From Oligoflexales bacterium (lineage in GTDB: Bacteria > Bdellovibrionota_B > Oligoflexia > Oligoflexales > Bog-1112): a stretch of DNA of 35,814 bases. The stretch is taken from assembly GCA_045105515.1 (NCBI GenBank), contig JBGCDR010000433.1:1-35814 (forward strand). Direction: 5' to 3'. Both the position numbers and the translations under genes were made by a program. Of the stretch, positions 18,296 to 26,872 are shown one piece after another (within the stretch, counting starts at the first letter, position 1; each line of letters starts with the position of its first letter). The notes beneath the pieces are model-generated. The model worked only from the letters and a program-made list of their open reading frames with translations. It was not told the origin of the DNA and ran no database searches.

Positions 18296-18323
18296 TAAAG
18301 AAATATTTTTGAAGTTCCGAAGA
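18296..18323 (+). promoter_or_regulatory. Putative sigma28 (FliA) promoter for the MCP gene
   Basis: TAAA-N16-TCCGAAGA, spacer one base longer than consensus, ending 32 nt upstream of the start. Confidence 0.4.
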
Positions 18324-18355
18324 CTGATGGTGATGAAGACCAGGTAGGAGCAATT

Positions 18356-20155
18356 TTGAAGATTAATGTAAAAATAATCACTAGCTATTTATTCATAGCT
18401 TTATTGTCATGCACTTTGCTTACCATTGTTTATAATTCATTCTTAAATTTTGAAGGGATAAGTGATCAGGAAAGGTCTCTAACAAGAGCAACTGGCTACT
18501 ATTCCCAAATTGACTCGGCTTTGACTTATCACAGGTATTTACTTGATGCACAACAAAATAGAAGTTTAAATAGCGAGAAAAACCTAGTGATTTTGGAAGA
18601 GCAGAAGGAAAAAGTATTCAGAACATTTAGTTCTTTAAGAGATCTTGATTTGCCCACGGAAGTAAGTGATCGAATGCAAAGTCTAGAGTCTGAATTGACT
18701 ATGTTTGAGCAAGAGTATTTAGCACAAATAAAGTTATTTGAGAGTGCTATTAAGACGGACTTGCTTCTTAAACCTCAGAGGTACACAAAAGTAATTGATA
18801 TTATTACTAGCATAAACCGGTCAATTATAGAAAAACAAACAAGACTATCAGACTCCAGAGAAAGCCTCTTGGGAAAAGTTAATTTACTAATGTTTTTGTC
18901 AATATTTCTTTGTATTTCGTTAAGTACTTTAATTGGTGTGGCTATGAGCTTCTATATAATAAAGCCCCTTAAGAACATAGCTCATACTATAACAAATATG
19001 GCAGAAGGCGAAGGTGACCTTAGCCAGAGACTTCATCAAGACCGAAGCGATGAAATCGGAATGCTGTCTCTGGCATTTGATCGATTTGTTGATAAACTCC
19101 AGATGGTAGTGATTGAAATTCGAAAAGGAGCTTCCGAATTAGCCTATTCTGCAGGTAAGTTATCAGATATTTCTGGTGAGCTTGTGAGTTCCTCCGAATT
19201 GATGGCCTCAAGGTCAGAGGATGCTACAGGGTCGACAAAACAAATGTCGGTAAATATTGGTAATATGGCGTCAGCTGCGGAACAGATGAGTATGAATGCA
19301 GTGGGAGTAAGTTCAACTGCCGAAGAAATGAGCATGAATATGGACTCGATGACTGACTCGATAGAGGGTATGTCGTCAGCAATGAATGAAATAGCAATAA
19401 ATGCCGCCGAAGGAGCGAAAATTAGTCAGGATGCCATGGGTCTGTCCCAAGGTGCGACGGATACCATGGAGTCTCTGGGTAACCGTGCTAAAGAAATTGG
19501 ACATGTTACAGATGTTATCATGCGTATTGCTCAGCAAACCAACCTATTGGCACTTAATGCTACCATTGAGGCTGCTTCTGCTGGAGATGCAGGCAAAGGA
19601 TTTGCGGTAGTTGCTAACGAAATTAAGGAATTAGCTAACCAAAGTGCTGGGGCAGCAGAGGACATTGCAAATCGGATTGATGGGGTTCAGGTGAGCACTG
19701 AAAAAGCAATTAGTGTCATAGCAAATGTCACAAAAAGCATCAGCAATATTACTAACTATGTGACAACTATTACTAATTCAGTCGAACAACAAAATGCTAC
19801 TGCTAACGAGATTTCTAATAACGTTGCCCAAGCAAGCATTGGAATCACCAATATTGCTAATTCTATTGGAGAAATAGCTAAGGCTACGAATAATATATCG
19901 AGGAGTATAACCGAGACTTCAGAAGATGCGAACGCTGTGGTGATAAATATGTCTGGTGTTAATATGGCATCAATTGAGAGCACAGAGGGCTCAAGGAAAA
20001 TTCAAAAGGAAGCAGAAGGCATGCATCATCTTTCTGGACTCCTTCAAGGTTCTGTGGAAAAATTCCGGGTAGAAGAAAACTTTTCCAAACATAAAGAAAA
20101 CTTTGAACAGCCTCTTAATTCTAAAGTATCAGAAAGTAATCAAAAGGTGGCATAG
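18356..20155 (+). CDS. Methyl-accepting chemotaxis protein (TM, periplasmic helical sensor, TM, HAMP, long signalling domain)
   Basis: Two TMs, HAMP (KPL...GDLSQRL...DEIG), IAQQTNLLALNATIEAASAGDAGKGFAVVANEIKELA hairpin. AGGAG RBS with TTG start. Confidence 0.96.
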   Translation: MKINVKIITSYLFIALLSCTLLTIVYNSFLNFEGISDQERSLTRATGYYSQIDSALTYHRYLLDAQQNRSLNSEKNLVILEEQKEKVFRTFSSLRDLDLPTEVSDRMQSLESELTMFEQEYLAQIKLFESAIKTDLLLKPQRYTKVIDIITSINRSIIEKQTRLSDSRESLLGKVNLLMFLSIFLCISLSTLIGVAMSFYIIKPLKNIAHTITNMAEGEGDLSQRLHQDRSDEIGMLSLAFDRFVDKLQMVVIEIRKGASELAYSAGKLSDISGELVSSSELMASRSEDATGSTKQMSVNIGNMASAAEQMSMNAVGVSSTAEEMSMNMDSMTDSIEGMSSAMNEIAINAAEGAKISQDAMGLSQGATDTMESLGNRAKEIGHVTDVIMRIAQQTNLLALNATIEAASAGDAGKGFAVVANEIKELANQSAGAAEDIANRIDGVQVSTEKAISVIANVTKSISNITNYVTTITNSVEQQNATANEISNNVAQASIGITNIANSIGEIAKATNNISRSITETSEDANAVVINMSGVNMASIESTEGSRKIQKEAEGMHHLSGLLQGSVEKFRVEENFSKHKENFEQPLNSKVSESNQKVA

Positions 20156-20284
20156 TAAGGAAGAGAAAAGGAAATCGGGTTATTTCTCAATCCTTTTAAC
20201 ATTGTCTTGTGTTTGTATTTGTCTTTTCTAGGGAGTATTCTTCTTTTGATATAGGGGTTCGATTGTTTGTTCACGAGGGGTTAA

Positions 20285-20497
20285 ATGGATAGAGAATACG
20301 GAAAACAGCAAAATCTGCTGAAGGCTTTGGTAGGAATTTCTCTTGTTTACTTTACTTACTATTATTTTCAAGAAAACTACTTTCAAAAGCCAAATCGAGA
20401 AGAGCTATTTGTTTCCACGTGCATTAATTTTCTCGCTCTGGACCCGCAAAACTGTCAGGATTTTATGAATAAATATGCAGTTTTTATTGATCGATAA
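20285..20497 (+). CDS. Small hypothetical membrane protein, 70 aa
   Basis: GAGGGG RBS, one TM segment, two Cys in the C-terminal part. Confidence 0.6.
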   Translation: MDREYGKQQNLLKALVGISLVYFTYYYFQENYFQKPNREELFVSTCINFLALDPQNCQDFMNKYAVFIDR

Positions 20498-20663
20498 GTC
20501 GTTTAAGGCCTTTTTTTATCAGGTACTTTCCAGTTGACTGACTTTCTCTGGCTGAAGTAGAGTGAGTCTGGGCAAGTGTAAGGATTAGTAGAAAGCATGT
20601 CGTTTGACGTGAGCTTCACAAGCTAAAATCATTCTAAAACCTCACAAAGTTCATTTTTTGGGT

Positions 20664-20691
20664 TTAACAAGAAGCTTATTTGTCTTGTTAA
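20664..20691. repeat. Perfect 9-bp inverted repeat, possible operator
   Basis: TTAACAAGA-N10-TCTTGTTAA, about 30 nt upstream of the DAACS start. Confidence 0.55.
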
Positions 20692-20723
20692 TCTTGAGTT
20701 CATTTTAATTGGAAACTATTAAT

Positions 20724-22034
20724 ATGACTAATCTATTGAAGCGTTATTTGCAGATTCCTTTGATAAACAAACTGATTGCAGCTTTCATCTTAGGGACTTG
20801 TTTTGGGATGTTGTCTTGGTATAGCGAAGTGCAAGCTATTTTTTCGATGCAGGATACTTTAAGATCATATATTAACCCTTTTGGTACCATTTTTATTCAG
20901 ATGTTGAAAATGGTGGTCATACCTATAGTTTTTTTCTCCCTTATTCAAGGGGCCAGCTCCTTACCAATCTCTAAGCTTGGGCAGGTTGGTGGAAAGCTCA
21001 TGCTTCTTTATCTAGTTTCATCATTTCTTGCAGCCATTGTTGGGATTCTCTTTGCTCTTGGAATGAACCCTGGAGATGGGACTTCATCTCAATGGCGTCA
21101 TATGATTAATATTGAAAATGCAAAAACGATCGCAACTCAGCCCGTAGCTTCCTCTGGAATTTTTGAAATCATATTAAACATGTTTGAAAACCCTTTTAGT
21201 GCTCTGTCAAATTCAAACTTTTTAGGACTTATTGTTTTTGCGATCATGGTTGGTCTTGGATTCAGTGCAATAAAAGCAGAGTCGAAGCGTAAAGAGGTTC
21301 AAGATGGTCTTCAGGTAATGTTTAATGTTCTTGAGGTTGTAAATGCTGCACTTTACAAGATGGTTACTTGGATCATGGAGTATGCTCCAATAGGAGTTTT
21401 GGCGTTAACCATGGTAAATTTTGGGCTCTATGGTCCTGCTATTGTTGGTCCTTACTTAAAAGTTGTGAGTGGAATCATTTTAGGTATTTTTTTCATGATT
21501 TTTTTGGTCTATGGCTTATTGATAAAGCTTTTTACCAAAACTTCCCCTTTAGTCTTTTTTAAGCATATTAAAGAACCTATGCTTACTGCTTTTGTTACGC
21601 GCTCGAGTGCTGCAGCTTTACCAATTTCTATGGATGCTGCTGTCAATAAGTTAAATATTGACGAAGAAGTTGCCAGTTTTGCCCTCCCAATGGGAGCAAC
21701 CATTAACATGGATGGAGTATGTGTCCACCTACCTATGTTTGCTATTTTGGCTGCAAATTTATTTCAAATTCCCTTGGGTCCTTCAGAGCTGTTTGTTTTG
21801 GTAATCTCTACAGTTCTTGCTGCAATAGGCACAGGAGGTGTGCCAGGAGGCAGCCTCATGCTTCTTTTTATAGTTTTAGGCGGTCTAGGGCTATCCGATG
21901 AGAATACCGCTGTCGTTATTTCACTTGCCCTGGGTGTGAATCCAATCCTTGATATGTTTGAAACGATGAATAATGTTGCAGGGGATTTGATGTGCACGTA
22001 TTTAGTTGGCCGCAAAGACCCAAATATAGAGTAG
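20724..22034 (+). CDS. Dicarboxylate/amino acid:cation symporter (DAACS, GltP/SstT family)
   Basis: PFGTIFIQMLKMVVIP, AFVTRSSAAALP, GATINMDG, GTGGVPGG, DMFETMNNVAGD. Start taken at ATG 20724; upstream TTG 20709 is also possible. Confidence 0.94.
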   Translation: MTNLLKRYLQIPLINKLIAAFILGTCFGMLSWYSEVQAIFSMQDTLRSYINPFGTIFIQMLKMVVIPIVFFSLIQGASSLPISKLGQVGGKLMLLYLVSSFLAAIVGILFALGMNPGDGTSSQWRHMINIENAKTIATQPVASSGIFEIILNMFENPFSALSNSNFLGLIVFAIMVGLGFSAIKAESKRKEVQDGLQVMFNVLEVVNAALYKMVTWIMEYAPIGVLALTMVNFGLYGPAIVGPYLKVVSGIILGIFFMIFLVYGLLIKLFTKTSPLVFFKHIKEPMLTAFVTRSSAAALPISMDAAVNKLNIDEEVASFALPMGATINMDGVCVHLPMFAILAANLFQIPLGPSELFVLVISTVLAAIGTGGVPGGSLMLLFIVLGGLGLSDENTAVVISLALGVNPILDMFETMNNVAGDLMCTYLVGRKDPNIE

Positions 22035-22121
22035 CTCTAAGCCCGCTTTATATTTTACGTGAATTATGCTTATTATAGCCCCTTGATAGAAAGCAGGGTG
22101 ATTGATCCGAGAATTTTGGTG

Positions 22122-22152
22122 GCGATGTTGTCTTCACAATCGCTCTTTTTTT
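22122..22152 (+). terminator. Intrinsic terminator-like hairpin between the DAACS gene and glyQS
   Basis: GCGATGTTGT-CTTC-ACAATCGC bulged stem followed by TC and T7. Confidence 0.45.
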
Positions 22153-22189
22153 ATATTTGACCGACTATTTACAGACAGGAGTATAGAAA

Positions 22190-23704
22190 GTGGACGCTTC
22201 ACCAGATTTGATGAATAAAATCGTTTCATTATGCAAGAGGCGTGGCTTCGTTTTTCAAAGCAGTGAGATTTACGGTGGCCTTAAGTCAAGCTATGATTAT
22301 GGTCCTTTAGGAGTTGAGTTAAAGCGCAATATTGCCCAAGAATGGTGGCGCAATATGGTCTATGAGCGCGATAATGTCGTTGGTATTGATGCTTCGATTT
22401 TGATGCACACAGATGTTTGGAAGGCTTCAGGTCACTTAGCAAGCTTCTCTGATCCTCTTGTAGATTGTAAAAACTGTAAAGAACGATTTAGGGCAGACAA
22501 GGCTCCTAAACATGAGCCCGGCACAATGATAAAATATGTGCTGGGGGGAAAACCTAAGGGTGAAAAGCTGGAAAAAGCAGTCGGTCCTCAAGGTTACGTT
22601 TGCCCGCAGTGTTCCTCACCGGATATGAGCGATGAGCGAGAATTTCGTGGCATGTTCCGGACAACTATGGGTCCAGTTGATCCAATGGGCGATTTTGTCG
22701 AAGATGTATTCGATAAAGACTTGAGCAAAGAAGAATTCAAAAAGAAGCTCTCAGCTTATTGCGAACAGTCAGCAGCCTATTTAAGACCAGAAACTGCCCA
22801 AGCCATGTTTGTCCAGTTTCTCAATGTCCAGCAGACTACCTCAGCAAAAGTTCCATTTGGAATTGCACAGCAGGGTAAGTCATTTAGAAATGAGATTATT
22901 GTTGAGCATTTTATTTTTCGCTCCTGTGAATTTGAGCAGATGGAAATGGAATTTTTCTGTGAACCAGGTACGGAAGATGAATGGTTAAGTTACTGGAAAA
23001 ATCAAAGGATGAGCTGGTACCAGAACTATGCTAATCATCCAGAGAAATTCCGTTTGCGTGCTCATGAAGCTGATGAATTAGCACATTATTCCAGTGCATG
23101 CTATGACATTGAATATCGTTATCCCTGGGGATGGGATGAACTAGAGGGGGTTGCCTCTCGTACGGACTATGACTTGAAAAAGCATGCTGAAGCTTCCGGG
23201 ACTAAGCTAAGTTATTTTGATCCTAATAAGACCGACCCTAAAACCAATAAAAAGGGCTGGCGTTATGTGCCTTACGTCATAGAGCCCGCTGCTGGACTAA
23301 CCCGTACTCTCTTGTGCTATCTGCTTGATGCTTACCAAGAGGAAAACTCTGTTGATGCTAAAGGCAAGCAAAAAACAAGAGTAGTCCTTAAGTTGCATCC
23401 AAAACTTGCGCCTTTTAAGGCAGCTATCCTCCCTTTAGTAAAAAAAGAGGGGCAGCCAGAGAAGGCTCAAGAGATTAGTAAGAAGTTTAGGGACCTAGGA
23501 GTTAATGTAAGCTATGATGAGAATCAATCGATCGGCAAACGCTATGCAAAACATGATGAAATTGGTACACCATTTTGCATTACGGTTGACAATGAGAGCC
23601 TAGAAAATCAATCGGTGACTGTTAGGGATCGTGATACAACTGAGCAGCAAAGGGTACCGATCGAGGAGGCTATTAAGCTAGTTCAGGCAAAGCTAAGCCG
23701 CTAG
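22190..23704 (+). CDS. glyQS: Glycine--tRNA ligase, alpha2 type
   Basis: LCKRRGFVFQSSEIYGG, YDYGPLG, YLRPETAQ, FRNEI, EFEQME, PYVIEP, IGKRY..DEIGTPFCITVD. AGGAG RBS with GTG start. Confidence 0.97.
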   Translation: MDASPDLMNKIVSLCKRRGFVFQSSEIYGGLKSSYDYGPLGVELKRNIAQEWWRNMVYERDNVVGIDASILMHTDVWKASGHLASFSDPLVDCKNCKERFRADKAPKHEPGTMIKYVLGGKPKGEKLEKAVGPQGYVCPQCSSPDMSDEREFRGMFRTTMGPVDPMGDFVEDVFDKDLSKEEFKKKLSAYCEQSAAYLRPETAQAMFVQFLNVQQTTSAKVPFGIAQQGKSFRNEIIVEHFIFRSCEFEQMEMEFFCEPGTEDEWLSYWKNQRMSWYQNYANHPEKFRLRAHEADELAHYSSACYDIEYRYPWGWDELEGVASRTDYDLKKHAEASGTKLSYFDPNKTDPKTNKKGWRYVPYVIEPAAGLTRTLLCYLLDAYQEENSVDAKGKQKTRVVLKLHPKLAPFKAAILPLVKKEGQPEKAQEISKKFRDLGVNVSYDENQSIGKRYAKHDEIGTPFCITVDNESLENQSVTVRDRDTTEQQRVPIEEAIKLVQAKLSR

Positions 23705-23716
23705 GCCGGTTTAAAT

Positions 23717-24562
23717 TTATGGTTTTTTTCGGCCTACAATGTATGCGACCCAGGATTCGCACTCTTCTCCTGATTCAGTTTTGCTGAATATTCCGTTCCC
23801 TTCCCCATCTTCATCATTGCCTTCCCAGTAGGTATGAGTTTCAGCTAAACCAACTTCTTTTAGAATGTCTCTTAGTTCAGGGATTGACCACATTCGCCAA
23901 TCATAGGCAAACACTTTTTCTCTTTTTTGCTCACCCTGCCGTTTAAAATGGATATAAAATTGGGCGTGGTTGTGGAGTGGATCGTAGCTATCTTGGTCCC
24001 AAAAATAACTGAATTTTAAGTCGGTAAACTCAGTTTCTTCTTCGTTGGCTTCGCAGCATTTACCGCCTCCAAAGCAATCGAGGACAAAGATTCCTCCAGG
24101 ATTTAAAGAGTCGGCTACCTTTTGAAAATATTGCTTGAGGGTTACTCTATCTTTGAAGCAAAAATAGCTGAAATTAAGTGCGCAAACAATATCTGCATTG
24201 GGTAATGATTCATCTGAAAGAACATCCCTCTCAATAATGGTAAGTCTTTCCTTTGCGGCATCTTCGACTGTGCTTAAATAGTTTTCTTTGCCATAGCTGA
24301 TAGGCTCTGAGTCAATATCAAGTCCTATTGCCAAGTGCTCAGGAGCAAGCTTAACCCACTCGCAGCAGAGGGCAAAAGTTCCACAAAAATCCTCTCTTAG
24401 AATTGTTGGCTTTGACCCTGAAAGTTCTTGATAGGCATTTTTAAGAAATTCCACGTCAGCATCTGGAGATTGGACTGATTCTTTATAAAGTTCATATTTA
24501 TCAAATGGGGCGAGCATACCAGACTTAGTTTTTGTGCTTTGCTTACGGATTTGGCTGTGCAA
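23717..24562 (-). CDS. Class I SAM-dependent methyltransferase of unknown substrate
   Basis: LREDFCGT motif I, GLDID, DIVCALNFSY, LNPGGIFVLD. AAGG RBS with TTG start. Confidence 0.85.
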   Translation of the reverse strand: MHSQIRKQSTKTKSGMLAPFDKYELYKESVQSPDADVEFLKNAYQELSGSKPTILREDFCGTFALCCEWVKLAPEHLAIGLDIDSEPISYGKENYLSTVEDAAKERLTIIERDVLSDESLPNADIVCALNFSYFCFKDRVTLKQYFQKVADSLNPGGIFVLDCFGGGKCCEANEEETEFTDLKFSYFWDQDSYDPLHNHAQFYIHFKRQGEQKREKVFAYDWRMWSIPELRDILKEVGLAETHTYWEGNDEDGEGNGIFSKTESGEECESWVAYIVGRKKP

Positions 24563-24587
24563 GGTTTGTTCCTTTCTAAAAAATTAT

Positions 24588-24917
24588 CTAAGGAATGACT
24601 ATCTTTGGCTTTTTTCTCTTTGGAGCATGATTTGGTTCTGACGATTCATCTGCTTCCAAGTAATAGAGAGCCATTCTACCAATGGTTTGCACCAAAAATG
24701 CACCACTTTTTTCCGCTAACATTTGGGCTGTTGTTAAAAACTCTTCTCTTTCTTCGCTTTGTATCCTGACCTTTATGAGCTCATCAGCTTTTAAGTTTTC
24801 TAGCATTTGCTTTATTACTGCCGTAGTAACCCCTTCTTTTCCAACCCACAAGACAGGTGAAAGATCATGGCCAAGGCCTTTTAAAAATTTAATTTGCTTT
24901 TGTCCCAAGGGTCTCAT
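24588..24917 (-). CDS. yhbY: RNA-binding protein YhbY (CRM domain)
   Basis: KQIKFLKGLGHDLSPVLWVGKEGVT, ELIKVRI, LVQTIGRMALYY. ATG 24917 follows GGAG. Confidence 0.93.
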   Translation of the reverse strand: MRPLGQKQIKFLKGLGHDLSPVLWVGKEGVTTAVIKQMLENLKADELIKVRIQSEEREEFLTTAQMLAEKSGAFLVQTIGRMALYYLEADESSEPNHAPKRKKPKIVIP

Positions 24918-25077
24918 TAAAAAATCTCCATTATTCAAATATATTATCTCGTAAATTTTATTTCCGCAGTTCTGGGGCTGTGAGCGAGGCAGTCTATAGA
25001 TACTATGCTTAGATATCAAGCATGAATATTTTAATAAAAATCAGAGGCTTAAGTGCTGAGAATTCTAAACTTATCTC

Positions 25078-26127
25078 TTAATAAGGTATCGGTAAAAATT
25101 TTTGGTAATAGTCCATGACCTTGTCAAAGGGTTCTGCAGGCATAAATTCTGAATTTGTTCCATCTAAACTGAACCAGTAAGACCCATACGTGAAGGTGTT
25201 GAGAGCTATTAGTGAGTATTTCAAACTAACGCAGTGACAACCTTGCTTTTCATGTCGTTTATGATTCCTGCAGACTACATGTTCGCCCCAATTTTTGAAT
25301 TGATCAAATTTTAAGGTAGCTTGCTTAGAAAGATTCTCTTGGCATGCGTTATGGGCATAAAGGGGGGGGATGGGCTCGTGCCAAAACTTCACCAAATTCT
25401 CTTGAGGGAAAAAAGATACAGCCCCTTGTTTGTATTTGTGATCGTCAAACCTTTCAGCAATTAGCCAGTGTCCAGGAGCAAGCGGGCCAGGGTAAGACCA
25501 GAGTTCTTCTTGTCCAGTGGTATTCATATGTGATCTATAGATGCCTTCGGCTTTATTTTTAGCGTGGTTTTCCCATAACCAAAGGCTTAAAATCCCCAGT
25601 AAGCAGGACCAAGATAGCAAGCTATAATTCCTTGAGGTTTTTAGGTCAAAATTGAAAAGAGCAATCGCTCCAGCGCCACTTATTGACCAAAATAAGGGAT
25701 CGATGATGAACATGAGAGGGTATGAAAAGCGCTGCCAGCTAAAAGGATATAAGAACAGGGTTCCGTATGTTGTGAGATAGTCCAGAAAGAAATGAGTGAA
25801 TAGCAACTGGGTTACGATAAACGCAATTTTTTCGCTCAGAGTAAACTTAAACAATGGGTTCTTTTTGGAGCCAGGCTCCATTATTTTGTTGAACAAGATT
25901 AGACTGATAGGTATCAGCAGGATTATTCCAAGCAATGAGTGAGTAAATCCACGATGTTGGAAGAAATAGAATTCCTTGCCAAATATCGCTAAAACGAAAT
26001 CTATGTCTGGAAGATTGGCTATGATGATTGAACAAATATACAGACGTTTTTTGTTTAAGGTCGATTGTTTGGGAAAAAGAGCAGAACCGACGATGACGGA
26101 CGTAAAACTGTGAGCTAAATTATCCAT
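25078..26127 (-). CDS. Membrane-bound metal-dependent hydrolase (YdjM/YfhP family)
   Basis: MDNLAH, NLPDID, HRGFTHS, HFFLDYLTTYGT, FIIDP. Confidence 0.9.
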   Translation of the reverse strand: MDNLAHSFTSVIVGSALFPKQSTLNKKRLYICSIIIANLPDIDFVLAIFGKEFYFFQHRGFTHSLLGIILLIPISLILFNKIMEPGSKKNPLFKFTLSEKIAFIVTQLLFTHFFLDYLTTYGTLFLYPFSWQRFSYPLMFIIDPLFWSISGAGAIALFNFDLKTSRNYSLLSWSCLLGILSLWLWENHAKNKAEGIYRSHMNTTGQEELWSYPGPLAPGHWLIAERFDDHKYKQGAVSFFPQENLVKFWHEPIPPLYAHNACQENLSKQATLKFDQFKNWGEHVVCRNHKRHEKQGCHCVSLKYSLIALNTFTYGSYWFSLDGTNSEFMPAEPFDKVMDYYQKFLPIPY

Positions 26128-26283
26128 GGTGAAACCTTTTTAATCCCCTGATAACAGGGTGTAAATAATTTCTTAGCATCAAGCATTTGCAAACTATGAT
26201 TCGAAGTGAATCTCGATTGGAATAAAACGGAATAGATAAAGAGCATTGAGGTAAAATAAAAAAGGGTGCAAAAAGCACCTCAA

Positions 26284-26784
26284 CTATTTTCGACAAGGCT
26301 TGACCCAAGTAATGAGGTGATCTTCTAATTCGTCTTTAATCCGACTTTCAGAGACAACTTTGTGGCGGACAGAAATACCGTTTTTGTGCACACTTTGTGG
26401 GTCCTTTGATATCAGGGGGTGCCAACTCGGGAGTCTTTGGTTTGTGGCTACAAGCCTATAAGCGCATGTTTCAGGCATGTACTTTAACTTCTTAATATTA
26501 CGAGGGGAGAGTTGAATGCAATCTGGGACGATTTCTTTGCGATTTGAATAGTCTTTGCACTTGCAAGTTTTTAAGTTCAGTTGCTTACAGGCTACATCGG
26601 TATAGTAAATTTCTTTTGTATCAGCAAATTCTACCTTATTTAAACAGCATTTTCCACACCCATCACACAATGATTCCCATTCTGAGTTACTCATTCGAGA
26701 TAGAGGCTTTGTTTCCCAAAATGGTCTTTTATCTTGGGGTTCTGCATCAGTTTCTTGCTTATCGGATGTTTTAACTTTCTTCAC
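26284..26784 (-). CDS. ycgN: YcgN family cysteine-cluster protein (UPF0260)
   Basis: PFWETKPL, EWESLCDGCGKCCL, VPDC, PETCAYR, WHPL. Confidence 0.93.
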   Translation of the reverse strand: MKKVKTSDKQETDAEPQDKRPFWETKPLSRMSNSEWESLCDGCGKCCLNKVEFADTKEIYYTDVACKQLNLKTCKCKDYSNRKEIVPDCIQLSPRNIKKLKYMPETCAYRLVATNQRLPSWHPLISKDPQSVHKNGISVRHKVVSESRIKDELEDHLITWVKPCRK

Positions 26785-26872
26785 CTATCTGCCTTATGTT
26801 AGAATTTGTCGCTTGCATTAGATAAGTTGATAATGATCCCAATTAGAACCAAAAAGGAACTATCAAACATAA

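Noticed and set aside
15779..18356. TTG starts on all three che genes as a special regulatory signal
   Set aside because: TTG and GTG starts also occur on rdgC, the methyltransferase, lgt, glyQS and ycgN, so this is probably a genome-wide trait.
20500..20700. Glycine or other known riboswitch upstream of the DAACS gene
   Set aside because: The conserved aptamer motifs (for example GGAGA...CCGAAG...CTCTCAGG) were not found.
24918..25019. N-terminal extension of YhbY in the ORF track
   Set aside because: Homology begins at MRPLGQKQ (24917), which has its own GGAG RBS.
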